NCBI GenBank assembly: GCA_050303335.1
Contig: JBNLBN010000001.1
Location: 42,239-106,238, forward strand
Direction of reading: 5' to 3'
Origin: Candidatus Micrarchaeia archaeon
Lineage (GTDB): Archaea; Micrarchaeota; Micrarchaeia; Anstonellales; Bilamarchaeaceae
DNA: 64,000 nt
Shown here: in pieces, positions 37,262 to 47,374 of the stretch
Layout: each line of letters begins with the position of its first letter
How positions within the stretch are numbered: position 1 is the first letter of the stretch
The notes under the pieces: model-generated
Told to the model about the DNA's origin: nothing
What the model saw: the letters and a program-made list of their open reading frames with translations, nothing else
The model's database searches: none
Program-made: the position numbers and the translations under genes

Positions 37262-38207
37262 AATCCATAAATGAGTCGTCTATTTCTGTTACTTCAAGAT
37301 CAGTGCATCTTGCAGATGTTCCAAGCAGGCCGGATATGCTCGGGGTCGTCCTTCCGGAATCTCCTGAAATCATCTCCTTGATGTATGTTCCTGGCTCGGC
37401 CTTGACGGAGATTGTTGCACTGTTTCCTTCCATCTCTTCTACTTCCAGCTCCTTAATCTTTCTCATCCTTACAAGGTCCGCCCTCCTGTGAGAGACGCGG
37501 AGCGGGGTTTTCTGGCTTAGGGTTTTCCCGACAAGCGATTCCATCAATTCCCTGTCTTTTTCATTTATCTCCCTTCCAAATTCAATTCTTGCCCGGTACT
37601 TCTTGTCGAAATGTGATTCAGTTACGAATTCAACGAACCTGCGCTCCACTATCCTGACGTTCCTGATAGCAACGCCGTCCCCCACGCTTTGTTCGATCTC
37701 CCCGATATCAGCATCCCTGTTTTTAGGATTCGTTATTTCCATCACGAATGCCCTTCCGGCTGAATTGGTTGCATCGACATCCTCCCTTCCGGAGGCATGG
37801 AGCACATAGTCGTCGGCATCGAATATCCTTTTGAGCGGTTCCCCTATTTTTTCTTCCACCGAATCATAAAGCTTCTTTCCGTCCCTGTCGATCCACCTGC
37901 TCTGCGAGAGGCCTTTCCTGCTTTTGAGATACCTTCCGAATACGAATATCGGCAATCTCTCGAAGTTGACAGTGTTGCTCTTGAAATCGAAGATCAGCCT
38001 GATCTCCCCTTCCCGGACGTAATTTCCCCCGAGCTGCTCAGGAATTATCCTGTTGACCCTGTTCTTTATGCTCTCGTTTCCAAGGCTCCTGTCGAATTCG
38101 GCCTCCTCTTTGATCATCCAGTCTGAGGGGATTATCGTGGATATTGAATAGCTCTTTGCTGCTTCCTTCTTCAGAATGGCCCTTGCATCCTCAATCATCT
38201 TTTCCAT
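37242..38207 (-). CDS. pus10: tRNA pseudouridine(54/55) synthase Pus10
   Basis: GRYLK..GLSQSRW, HASGREDVD, QKTPLRVSHRRAD.VR, GTYIKE.ISGD.GRT.PS. Confidence 0.93.
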   Translation of the reverse strand: MEKMIEDARAILKKEAAKSYSISTIIPSDWMIKEEAEFDRSLGNESIKNRVNRIIPEQLGGNYVREGEIRLIFDFKSNTVNFERLPIFVFGRYLKSRKGLSQSRWIDRDGKKLYDSVEEKIGEPLKRIFDADDYVLHASGREDVDATNSAGRAFVMEITNPKNRDADIGEIEQSVGDGVAIRNVRIVERRFVEFVTESHFDKKYRARIEFGREINEKDRELMESLVGKTLSQKTPLRVSHRRADLVRMRKIKELEVEEMEGNSATISVKAEPGTYIKEMISGDSGRTTPSISGLLGTSARCTDLEVTEIDDSFMDFILHIS

Positions 38208-38212
38208 AAGAA

Positions 38213-38551
38213 TCAGAATATTGCCTTGTGCGGCTCGGACGGAAGCGCGTGCTTTATCCGGTATCCCTCGATGATAAGTGCTGCCCTTTCAATCTTATCA
38301 TCAAGGCTGTTTGTAAAATCCCTGCCCCTCACCTTGTTTACGAAAAGTCCGAAATCAGCAAGAGTGTCGGTGCCGTTCCTGCTCATGAGGTCAAGGATCT
38401 CGACAACTACCCTTTTCCCCCTCGGTCCGCTTCCCCAGATGCTGAGGCCGAGTGCTACCTGGTTGATGAAATGGCCCTTATCCTCCTGGTTCATTTTCTT
38501 CCAGAGCTTCAGAATCTTCTGTTTGCACTCATCATCAAGAAAATCAATCAT
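38213..38551 (-). CDS. Hypothetical protein
   Basis: ATGA-coupled to the upstream ORF; fills the gap before pus10. Confidence 0.65.
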   Translation of the reverse strand: MIDFLDDECKQKILKLWKKMNQEDKGHFINQVALGLSIWGSGPRGKRVVVEILDLMSRNGTDTLADFGLFVNKVRGRDFTNSLDDKIERAALIIEGYRIKHALPSEPHKAIF

Positions 38552-38874
38552 CCTTCCACCCATTTCTTCAGGTTCAGTTCCTTGCCGTCCTTTGCCATCT
38601 CGAACTGCTCACCGAGAGCCAATGCCTGGTTCAAAGCCCTTGCAGTCATATTCCTGCTAACAGTAGTCCTGGTTTCCTTTACCCGCTTGAACACAAGCTC
38701 TCCAATATCGGATTTCCTCGGAGTGGCCTCCTTGAGTTCCCTTGATTCCAGGGCGGTTTTCTCGTATCTTGCAAGGTTTTCCATCGAAAAACTTGGGCCG
38801 GTCTTGAACACCTCATCAAGGAATTCATTGAACTGGATCCTCAAGTCCTTCTTCTTTTGAGCAGGCGGCGTCAT
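38548..38874 (-). CDS. Hypothetical protein
   Basis: 108-aa charged helical ORF translationally coupled to the next gene. Confidence 0.62.
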   Translation of the reverse strand: MTPPAQKKKDLRIQFNEFLDEVFKTGPSFSMENLARYEKTALESRELKEATPRKSDIGELVFKRVKETRTTVSRNMTARALNQALALGEQFEMAKDGKELNLKKWVEG

Positions 38875-38925
38875 AAAAGCTATTCTTCACTATTCTTTAA
38901 AATCGTTGTGACAAGATTACTCAAT

Positions 38926-39639
38926 ATGAGGAGGGTAGCCGTAATATCGAACGAGCCTTCTTTCCAGGAGCCGATGCGTTTCCGGGGAAAGCTGGAAACG
39001 ATAAGAGGGATGGTTGATATCCAGCTCCGGGAAATGGGCGCAGAACCAAGAATCTTCAGGCCTATTGATGATAAAACCGATTTCCCGGACATCAGAAAAT
39101 TCTCAGCCCTGATTGTTGGCGGATCCAAGCTGAACATTACAGACCAGGACCTTAAAAAATACGAGTGGATGAGGATGCTCTTTGATTTTATCAGCGATTC
39201 CCACGGAAAGATCCCCATTCTCGGCCTCTGCTTCGGCCATCAGGCAGTCGGCCGCGTTTTAGGCGGAAAACTGGAAAAATATGAAGGCTATGAAGTGGGT
39301 TTTACAGGTACGAGGAAAATCGGCAATGACCCGTTGCTAGATGGGATACCTCCAGTATTCGATGCCCTTTACTCGCATTTCACTTACATCACCGGGATTT
39401 CTCCAATTGCCCTGTCTACTGACCCACAGAATCGGAGTGTGCAGGCATTCAATTCAGGGACCACGTGGGGGGTGCAATTCCATCCTGAATACGAGAGCGC
39501 TGCTGTGCTGGACCTTGTCAATGCAAGAAGAGAGGCAATCGAGCACCTCATAGATTTCGATTCCGTAAGAAGCAGGCTCCAGTCGGTGACAGAAAGGCAC
39601 GATATCCGCGTCCTTTCGAATTTCATAAGGATGATCTAG
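38926..39639 (+). CDS. Type 1 glutamine amidotransferase-like protein
   Basis: LGLCFGHQ nucleophile elbow and GVQFHPE. Confidence 0.9.
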   Translation: MRRVAVISNEPSFQEPMRFRGKLETIRGMVDIQLREMGAEPRIFRPIDDKTDFPDIRKFSALIVGGSKLNITDQDLKKYEWMRMLFDFISDSHGKIPILGLCFGHQAVGRVLGGKLEKYEGYEVGFTGTRKIGNDPLLDGIPPVFDALYSHFTYITGISPIALSTDPQNRSVQAFNSGTTWGVQFHPEYESAAVLDLVNARREAIEHLIDFDSVRSRLQSVTERHDIRVLSNFIRMI

Positions 39640-41993
39640 AAGAACGAATCGAGGCTTTTTTGCATTCCCCCATGCCTCATGCTGTATTCGTCGTAACCCA
39701 GTTCCTTCATGATCTTCATGACAGCAGGAAGTATCTGGTGGCTTATGTAATATTCAGCATCATAGTCCTTTGCAAGTTCGAGAGGCTCGGCCTTTTCCGA
39801 TATGGTCTCTCCCCTCTTCCCGATAACATAGGAGATCAGGGTCCCCTTCTCAGCAGGGATCCCTGCCCTCATCATTTTCCTTGCAGCGCTAAGTTCCGGG
39901 CTTTTTACCTCATAGCTGTCAGGATTCTTGTTGAGCTGGGTGCTGATTGCAAGATTCTCGAGAGCAACTTTCCCGGAATTAAGCTGGTTTATCGTCTCCC
40001 TGATTATCTTGACGGCCTTTTCCTTGCTTCCTTCTATGAGGATCGCCTCAAGCACCCTCTTCTGGGTATCTTTTGCCACATTGGACCAGTCGCGCCTCAC
40101 CAGCTCGAATCCCCGGATCTTTATCCTTCCGTCTTCTCCAAGGAGGGCGTATTTCTTCTTTGCCCCCTTCTCGTCGCCCTTCTTCGAGACGAACACGCCA
40201 CGCTTGAAGAACCCTTCAAGTTCAAGTTCCATCTTCTCAGGAAGATCGTCATTCACCCTGTTCATGAAACTGGTCACTTCCTCCCTATCCTTGTAGATGA
40301 GGAAGACCGAATCGGTATCTGCATAGAGCACCTGGAACCCGGATTCCTCCGCCTTCCTGATGGCATCAGCTATATGCTGCCTTCCCCATGCAGTGACACT
40401 CTCGGCACAGGGCCTGGAATACCACCTGGATCTTGCATATCCAAGATACCCGTAGAACGAATTGGAGAGTATCTTCAATGCCTGGCTCCTTGCGCTGATC
40501 CTCACGTAGTCAAGGGAATCCTTATCCAGTTCCTTCAGCCTGCGCTTCAGCTTTGACCTCATATCCACAAGGTAATCAAGCACTTCTGGGACAAGGCCCA
40601 CCTCCTCCTTGCTGAATTTAGCCCCAGTTGGAGAGATATGTACATCCTCCCCATCCTCTACGAGCGTTCCGGGATCAATATTGTATGAAACTATGATGGA
40701 AGGATACAGCCCCCTGAAATCAAGGACTGCAATGTTGTCGTAAATCCCAGGCTCCGGCAGCTTGACGAATGCACCCTGAATGGGAGCATTTATCCTCTCA
40801 TAGATGGATTCTCCCACCGGTTTCCTCGGTATGATCTTGTTCCTTCTTGATGCATGGAACATCAGCAGGCTCTCGACGAGCTGGCCGCTTGTGGACAGGG
40901 TCGTCTGGAAAAGCGGCATCTTTGATACGGATGAGATCTCCACTTCGAGGGGAAGGAGCCTTTCGGACAATGATTTCGTCAATTCGGCATCCACCAGGGA
41001 ATACTTGAACAGCTTCTCGTCTCCGGCGTCCCACAATTTCCAGATATCATCCTTTGCAACATCAACCTTTTTCTCTCCCAGGACGCTTTCGCAGACTGCA
41101 TCAAGTGTGTACCTCTGGGTCTTGATCACCCCAATGAATCCGAAGAGCCTTGCAATTGGGTACATATCGAAATGCACCCTCCCCTTGACCTGGAAACCCT
41201 TAATCATCCCCTTCTTCATGGGAACGAGCTTTCCTCCGAAGCGTCCGATATCAAGAGGTACATTGAGCATGTCTGCCCTCGCTTTGAGATATGGTAGATC
41301 GAATGTAGAAGAATTATATCCTGTAATGACATCCGGATCCTCCTCTTTTACCACTTCCACGAACCTCCTGATCATCGACTTCTCGTCATTGAGATCCTCA
41401 ACGAAGTCCTGGCCTTTCTTGAAACTAAGGACGCCGCTTTTTTCTCCTGCATAACTAATCATGACGACAGGATCCTTGTTCTCCCTCGGCGCCCCCACCG
41501 GGTTGTAGGTTTCGATATCGAAGGCGAGCGTCTTAAGCTGCGGCGGCTCGCCTGATTCGACCTTTATGATCTTTTTTATGACCTTCCCTTCCCTCTCGTA
41601 TGTGATGACATCGAAAGGGGAAAGCTGCATGTCATATATGAACCTTCTAGCAAACGGGATGCTGTATTCAAAGCACGGGAACGGTATCGCCTGCTTGATT
41701 ATGGGGACATCTGCAGGTATCTTGCAATAAACCTTGATGATCTTCTTCTTAAGAAGCCCCTCCTCCTTGTCAATGATCTCCACGTTGCTCGGGGATGTGT
41801 ATTCGCCGTTTTTCCTCTGGACCTCTATATCGAGAAATTCCTCCGCCCGTTCCACCGGGCCCTCTACAAGGAAATACGGGTCCTGTTGGTAATACAATCT
41901 TGTTGTTACCTTTCCCTTGAGAAGAAGCGATACGTATGTCTTTCCGCCTTTGACGGTATAGCTTGCGTCTATAAAATAGGCCTTCTTCTTCAT
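39636..41993 (-). CDS. polB: Family B DNA polymerase
   Basis: Exonuclease FDIET, YN...FD and YSLVD; polymerase DFRGLYPS, KILSNSFYGY, YADTDS; C-terminal PIP box QKSLDSFF. Confidence 0.97.
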   Translation of the reverse strand: MKKKAYFIDASYTVKGGKTYVSLLLKGKVTTRLYYQQDPYFLVEGPVERAEEFLDIEVQRKNGEYTSPSNVEIIDKEEGLLKKKIIKVYCKIPADVPIIKQAIPFPCFEYSIPFARRFIYDMQLSPFDVITYEREGKVIKKIIKVESGEPPQLKTLAFDIETYNPVGAPRENKDPVVMISYAGEKSGVLSFKKGQDFVEDLNDEKSMIRRFVEVVKEEDPDVITGYNSSTFDLPYLKARADMLNVPLDIGRFGGKLVPMKKGMIKGFQVKGRVHFDMYPIARLFGFIGVIKTQRYTLDAVCESVLGEKKVDVAKDDIWKLWDAGDEKLFKYSLVDAELTKSLSERLLPLEVEISSVSKMPLFQTTLSTSGQLVESLLMFHASRRNKIIPRKPVGESIYERINAPIQGAFVKLPEPGIYDNIAVLDFRGLYPSIIVSYNIDPGTLVEDGEDVHISPTGAKFSKEEVGLVPEVLDYLVDMRSKLKRRLKELDKDSLDYVRISARSQALKILSNSFYGYLGYARSRWYSRPCAESVTAWGRQHIADAIRKAEESGFQVLYADTDSVFLIYKDREEVTSFMNRVNDDLPEKMELELEGFFKRGVFVSKKGDEKGAKKKYALLGEDGRIKIRGFELVRRDWSNVAKDTQKRVLEAILIEGSKEKAVKIIRETINQLNSGKVALENLAISTQLNKNPDSYEVKSPELSAARKMMRAGIPAEKGTLISYVIGKRGETISEKAEPLELAKDYDAEYYISHQILPAVMKIMKELGYDEYSMRHGGMQKSLDSFF

Positions 41994-42053
41994 AAACTTC
42001 TATATCATAAGTAGATTTTTTAAAAAGAAAGAAAAAAGTGATGCCTAAAAAGA

Positions 42054-42785
42054 TTATTTCCTCAAGGATGACTCCTTGCTGACGAGCTCTGAGAGGATGT
42101 CTTCATGGACATACCTCCTTCCGCCGATCTTGACGTGAGGGATCCTTCCACGGTCCAATCTCCTCTCAAATGCGTTCCTCTTGATCCTTATCCCGTTCTT
42201 GTGCAATTCCTTGATTGCCTGGCTGACGGAATAATAGTTGGAACTGATGTGTGTTAAAGCATCAACTGCATCCTTTGGAACAAGTCTCCTTGTTCCGAAC
42301 TTCACTGACGGAATGGATCCTTTCTCGATCCTTCCAATAAATGCCCGGAAGTTGATTTTCGGATTTGACTTCTTGTATGATTCGAATGCTTCCTTTACGG
42401 TATAGAACTCTCCCTTCGTGCTTGTTATGTCGTCAAGTACGGATTTCGGTATATACCTTTTTCTTCCAACTTTAACGAATGGAATGGTTCCGCGCTCAAT
42501 CCTTCCTCCGAAAGCCCTGAATGATATGAATACTCCGTTGCCCTTTAGGTAATCGTATGCAGACCTTACTGAATAGAGGTCATGCTTTCCTTCAAGCTCA
42601 TCTTCTGATGCTTTCTGACGATAAAGATTCTGTGCGACCTTAAATACGCTGCCTATTGATGAAGACAAGCTCTTCTCGGTCTTGTCTCTTTCCTTCTTTA
42701 TTTCCCCAACGTCGATGGACCTAAATCTGTCGACATAGTCATCATCGACTTCTGTTTCTATAATGATTTTCTTTCCACGAGGCAT
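42054..42785 (-). CDS. DNA-binding protein with three tandem Xis/MerR-like HTH domains
   Basis: Three ~55-aa repeats Y[ST]VxxA...AFxxR[IL]xxGxIPxVK.G.[KR]R.. Confidence 0.82.
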   Translation of the reverse strand: MPRGKKIIIETEVDDDYVDRFRSIDVGEIKKERDKTEKSLSSSIGSVFKVAQNLYRQKASEDELEGKHDLYSVRSAYDYLKGNGVFISFRAFGGRIERGTIPFVKVGRKRYIPKSVLDDITSTKGEFYTVKEAFESYKKSNPKINFRAFIGRIEKGSIPSVKFGTRRLVPKDAVDALTHISSNYYSVSQAIKELHKNGIRIKRNAFERRLDRGRIPHVKIGGRRYVHEDILSELVSKESSLRK

Positions 42786-42886
42786 GGCATCACCAATTTA
42801 TTATAATTTATACATTTTTATGTTTTATCTGATTATTACTATAAATGACACAGTTTATAAACGTAATGTTTGTGTCGATCTATAAT

Positions 42887-44134
42887 CTAGGCTTTGGATT
42901 TTATGCGAATTACCAAATATATCGCTAAAATCACTACAAAAATACCACCTACAATGTAAAAAAGTGGTAAACCCTGATCTGATCCTGTGTTTTCTTGTGT
43001 ATTTGTCTGGTTTTGGTCATCAGGCACTTCAACGTCCAACGTGGAGAATTTTCCCTCAATCGTTGCACGATTTCCTACCTTGTCCTTAACATCAGCTCTA
43101 AATGAAACGATGCTATTTTGTGGTAACTCAGGAAATTCTGCAGAAAAAGTATTAAAACCTACCGTATAAACGGTTGCAGGTGAAAACGGCGTTGTCGCGT
43201 CAGATGGCTCCACCCTGTAGCTTACCTGCAGGCTTTTTATGTCAACCCCGCTTCCGAATTCACCGGGATCTGTAACAGGTATGGTCAGTTTTGTCCTATT
43301 ATTCACTGTTTCTGGAATAATTTCTCCAAAAGTCGGTGGATGTATATCATAAATCACCAATGCACTTGTATTTTCCTGTGTATCAATCTCTCCCGTTTTT
43401 ATCTCGTTCTTGTAACTTACTTCAAATGGAACAACAAGCCCGTACGTTTTTTCTGTTGTGTAGCTTCCCATCATCTCATGCGTCTCATCAAAAATGGTCA
43501 GTTTTGCCTGCAGCGGTCCTCCAAAGTCATCGATCACATTGACTGTCAGCTGCTCGAAAGGAAAAGTCACTATAAAATTTATATCATCATCGACAACGAT
43601 GACTCCGCTCTGCTTCGCCCTTTCGTAACTGGCAAGATAGTCGTATTCCCCTTCAGGAAGGTATATCCTTGTGAAACCGTTGTTGTTGGTCTTCTGGAAC
43701 CTGTTTGAAATTGTTACTGATGCGTTCGGTATTCCAAGTCCGAACTGGTCCTTGACATAGAAATTCACCGGAAAGACATTCTCAAGCACAACGCTTACTA
43801 TTGATCCGTGCTGGTTTGCCTCGACCTTCTCTGTCTCATTAACTTCGTTCAGCTTGGCGAAGATGGTGATAGTGCAGTCTATATCCCGGATAGTAGTTCC
43901 CTGGTTTATGATCTTGAAGTGCACCATCCCCCGTTCGTCTGTCTGCCTCACTTTGGTTGTAAAGTACTGCTGTCCGAAGGAGGTCCCGGTGTCGTATGTT
44001 ATGGTAACATCGACGTTTTGGATGGGCCTGAGATTCGCATCAAGCACCTGCACATCGAATTCATCAGTCTTTCCCGAACAAAAATCCTCTGCAAAAGCAG
44101 TTGTTATCAAAAGTAGCAACAGCAAGTATTTCAT
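42887..44134 (-). CDS. Cell-surface protein with tandem beta-sandwich (carboxypeptidase-regulatory/Ig-like) domains and C-terminal TM anchor
   Basis: Signal peptide; repeated V.D..G.P[IL]..A.VTI...T...G motifs; Q/N/T linker, TM helix and basic tail. Confidence 0.75.
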   Translation of the reverse strand: MKYLLLLLLITTAFAEDFCSGKTDEFDVQVLDANLRPIQNVDVTITYDTGTSFGQQYFTTKVRQTDERGMVHFKIINQGTTIRDIDCTITIFAKLNEVNETEKVEANQHGSIVSVVLENVFPVNFYVKDQFGLGIPNASVTISNRFQKTNNNGFTRIYLPEGEYDYLASYERAKQSGVIVVDDDINFIVTFPFEQLTVNVIDDFGGPLQAKLTIFDETHEMMGSYTTEKTYGLVVPFEVSYKNEIKTGEIDTQENTSALVIYDIHPPTFGEIIPETVNNRTKLTIPVTDPGEFGSGVDIKSLQVSYRVEPSDATTPFSPATVYTVGFNTFSAEFPELPQNSIVSFRADVKDKVGNRATIEGKFSTLDVEVPDDQNQTNTQENTGSDQGLPLFYIVGGIFVVILAIYLVIRIKSKA

Positions 44135-44159
44135 AACCCTTCTTTATTATCTAAAATTT

Positions 44160-45311
44160 TTAATACTCTCCCAATGTCTTCTGCCTTGAACTGAGCATCT
44201 CCCGTATGAGGACGCCCTGGTCAATGAACCTTGATATCGGCAGCTTCATCTTTGTCGATACATAATTCATCGCGGACCTGAAGCTTTCGAATTCCCTTGG
44301 CTTTTCATTCATCGCATTCCGGACATTCTCCCTCACATTGAACACTCCAAGAGGTATATATCCTTCGCGTGCTTCGCGCAGTATTATCGCTCCGGCCTGC
44401 TTTTTCATCCTCATCAGGCCTTCGAGCACCCCGAACTTGGCGCTGTAATAGCATCCTCCGACCACAGAGTAGCTTTTCTTTGGCTTCCACTGCTCGTAAT
44501 CTGCAAAAATCATTTCCTCGTTTCCAAGGATCCTGATAAAAGCCTCTATCCATTCGTACTGCCACGGAGTCGGAAGAAGGATTATTGCATAATAGTTGTT
44601 GAGGCTCGAGAATTCGAATACCTGGAAATTGTGGAGGATATCGAAATACTTCACATTATCATAAAGGTACGATGCAAGCATGCTGTCTACTGCGGTAATA
44701 GACCATCTTGTAGGGACAAGCTTCCGCTCAATTCCCATAGATCCTGTAGAAAGCGCCTTCTGAAGGTTCGAGACAAGCACCCTGTCATTGTAAAGCCCGA
44801 CAACTGCATCCCTTGCAAGGAGGTCGGTATCATAATACGCCTTCTCAAGTCCCCGGTCCCACTTTACATTTTCGATCTCGAATTTGTCAAGCCTGGCGCT
44901 TGGCCCATGCGGCTGGTGCTCGTTGTCGAACATGAAGCCCCTTGGTTTGTGGTGGAATTCAGCCTCGCTCTGTACCGATTCGCGAGCAAGCGATATTTCC
45001 TGGAGCTTTGTAACCAGTTTGTCATCCAGGTCCCTGATTCCCACGATCTTTTTTCCTCTAACAAGATCCATCCTGAAGCTGATGATGTCCTCCTGTCCCT
45101 TATTCTGAGGTATCCATGCCTCAGGCCGGTCAAGGATGGTGCTCTCGTCATATTGGGTCATCATGGGCCCTACGGCAACCTTTGGATAGCCGAAGCTTCC
45201 TATAAATACCGATGGCGGGCTGCTTCCATCCATCTTTTCTGAGACATCTGCAGTCTTCCATCTGATGTTGCTGGTAATTTTTTTGAGATAGGCGCCTTTT
45301 CCCAAACCCAT
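44160..45311 (-). CDS. nre: Archaeal DNA repair protein Nre
   Basis: GSSPPSVFIG.FGYPKV, LVPTRWSITAVD, GGCYY, PLGVFNVRENVR, C-terminal PIP-like QKTLGEY. Confidence 0.92.
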   Translation of the reverse strand: MGLGKGAYLKKITSNIRWKTADVSEKMDGSSPPSVFIGSFGYPKVAVGPMMTQYDESTILDRPEAWIPQNKGQEDIISFRMDLVRGKKIVGIRDLDDKLVTKLQEISLARESVQSEAEFHHKPRGFMFDNEHQPHGPSARLDKFEIENVKWDRGLEKAYYDTDLLARDAVVGLYNDRVLVSNLQKALSTGSMGIERKLVPTRWSITAVDSMLASYLYDNVKYFDILHNFQVFEFSSLNNYYAIILLPTPWQYEWIEAFIRILGNEEMIFADYEQWKPKKSYSVVGGCYYSAKFGVLEGLMRMKKQAGAIILREAREGYIPLGVFNVRENVRNAMNEKPREFESFRSAMNYVSTKMKLPISRFIDQGVLIREMLSSRQKTLGEY

Positions 45312-45336
45312 GGATATGAATTAGATCATTCTTGAT

Positions 45337-47205
45337 TTAAACCGGCTCTATCTTGTTCCCGTTCCGCACGACCTTTATTGTTCTCGGGTAAGGTTCATCG
45401 TGCACAATGAAATACTTGGGCTCCTGGCCATTATCAGTAAGGCATACGATGTTCAATCCGTACTGAATCTGAAGGTTGACATTGTCAGGAGGAATCTCCT
45501 GCAGCCATCTGGGCTTTCCTTCGGGCAAAGCGTTTATCAGAGGGACCCTCTCCGACGGTGATGTGGGCAGGCTTACGTGTTCCGGTTTCAGGGATTCCGT
45601 TCTTCTTGAAATCTCATCCCTCATCCTCTGCAGCCTTTCGCCTACGTTATCCGCTTTCCTTGCAAACACCTTGATCTTCCTGTCCTCGAACATTGTCTTC
45701 CTTGATCCCATGTAATCCTTGTCGAAAACAAAGTACCATCTCCCATGGAGGGATATCAAGGGTATTATTTCATCATTCTCAAGCTGCTTGTTTGCGATTC
45801 TTACAAGCCCTACAAGTTCGACCATAGGCATTTTTGAAAACAGGTCGCCGATAGGATAAAGGTACCTGACTTTTGATTCCGATAGTCCGACATCGTAAGC
45901 ATCATAAATCTCGGCCATCTCGCTTTCATAAGGCTGGACATATCCTGCCTTCACTGGCAGAGGAGGTCCCGCCTTTCCGTAAAAGCTCAAGTGGCTTGTC
46001 TTCTTGTTCCTGAAAATCCCGTGGCCGTTCAGTTCGGTAACGTCGATCCTTCTGCCGCTCCTGCTGCAGATCCTGGCCTGGGGGTAATCCTGTACAAGTT
46101 CCTTCCATTGCTGGACCGTCTCGGCCCTGACTACATAATACTCGCGATTGTTTATCGTAACGCTGCGGTGATCGGCAAAACTCCTGAGAACCTTAAGGTT
46201 GTAACTGTTTTTCGTATCTGCTTCAGGAACAGGATGGATGAAAAGCACCCTCTCTTCAGGAAGATGCTGGAGGAAATGTTCATAATCTTCCTCACTGGCA
46301 TGGCCGCCTATGAATCTTTCCGGCCATTTAACCACATCATATTCCCGGGCCGAAATTCCGTAATGATCAAGAAAAGCCTCGCTTGTCATCTCGTTTGGCC
46401 ATACCAGGAGCCTGGATCCGAATTTAGCAATAGATTTCTTTCCCATTTTTTCGTTAAGGAGATACTTTTTCCCAAGTATTTCACACCCCTCGCTTGACAA
46501 TGATACGTAAAACCTCCTCCCCTCAGGCATTCCTTTCAGGCCCTCAACTTCGCTAGAAGGAAGGATGAATTCAGTGAGTTCTATGACATTCGGTATTCCC
46601 TGGATCTGGTACCTCTCGATAATTTCGATCTCTGATGTCTCCAATTCCGTTCCCTCGGATTGGTCTTCAGCAGGCGGTTTTGATCCGTTGCTATTTTGTC
46701 TCCTTTCTCTTGCCGCCTCGTCAAGCTGCCTGTGTCTCTTTTCCGCCTCTCTCCTCATCGATTCCTGCGTTTTTCTTAGTTCTTTCTGGGCAGTCTCCCT
46801 GGCTTTTTCCGCCTCTGTTCTCATTTCCTCTGCTTCTTTTTTCTTCCTCGCCTCTTCAGCCTCTCTCCTCAGCCTCATCTCCTGCTCTTTTCTTGCTTTT
46901 GCCTCTTCAGCCCTTCTCCTTCCTTCATCAAGGGCATTTTCTGACAATTCCCTGATATGTGCAGTCGGCTCGTGTACTGAGGAGTCATCATCCTTTTTTA
47001 TTCTGAACAAAACTTCGCTATCATCAACAGCTCCTGTCCTCTGTTCTTTGTTTTTCGGCTTTGGGAGTGCAACCAGCCTTCCGAATATCTTCTCATGTTC
47101 AGGTGAACCTAGTATTATCGGGTTGGCATAAGTTCTTCTGATGCCTAGTCTGGATCTTATTAATACGCTTGTAATATGTCTGGCCATGTCGGTCTCTCCC
47201 ATCAT
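45337..47205 (-). CDS. Hypothetical protein with E/K/R/A-rich helix and repeated C-terminal modules
   Basis: 622-aa ORF; charged single-helix region at about aa 85-170. Confidence 0.72.
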   Translation of the reverse strand: MMGETDMARHITSVLIRSRLGIRRTYANPIILGSPEHEKIFGRLVALPKPKNKEQRTGAVDDSEVLFRIKKDDDSSVHEPTAHIRELSENALDEGRRRAEEAKARKEQEMRLRREAEEARKKKEAEEMRTEAEKARETAQKELRKTQESMRREAEKRHRQLDEAARERRQNSNGSKPPAEDQSEGTELETSEIEIIERYQIQGIPNVIELTEFILPSSEVEGLKGMPEGRRFYVSLSSEGCEILGKKYLLNEKMGKKSIAKFGSRLLVWPNEMTSEAFLDHYGISAREYDVVKWPERFIGGHASEEDYEHFLQHLPEERVLFIHPVPEADTKNSYNLKVLRSFADHRSVTINNREYYVVRAETVQQWKELVQDYPQARICSRSGRRIDVTELNGHGIFRNKKTSHLSFYGKAGPPLPVKAGYVQPYESEMAEIYDAYDVGLSESKVRYLYPIGDLFSKMPMVELVGLVRIANKQLENDEIIPLISLHGRWYFVFDKDYMGSRKTMFEDRKIKVFARKADNVGERLQRMRDEISRRTESLKPEHVSLPTSPSERVPLINALPEGKPRWLQEIPPDNVNLQIQYGLNIVCLTDNGQEPKYFIVHDEPYPRTIKVVRNGNKIEPV

Positions 47206-47291
47206 ATAGTGGTAAAAACAGTTTTTAAATGTTCTGAAATGCCATCAATTACTTTTTATTTGTTTTCCATTATCATTTTCTTCTAATTCAT

Positions 47292-47363
47292 GCGACCGTA
47301 GTCTACCGGTTATGATTCGAGATTGCCAATCTCGCGGACCGGGTTCGATTCCCGGCGGTCGCA
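47292..47363 (+). tRNA. tRNA-Gly(GCC), intronless, CCA not encoded
   Basis: Acceptor stem GCGACCG/CGGTCGC plus discriminator A; anticodon arm CGAGA-ttGCCaa-TCTCG; T arm CCGGG-TTCGATT-CCCGG. Confidence 0.96.
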
Positions 47364-47374
47364 TAGTTGGTTTT

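Noticed and set aside
39636..41993. Inteins in PolB (also GyrA, GyrB and ligase)
   Set aside because: Protein lengths are normal and the motifs are contiguous.
45337..47363. Integrated element at tRNA-Gly
   Set aside because: I found no integrase and no duplicated tRNA 3' end, and the flanking genes are housekeeping.
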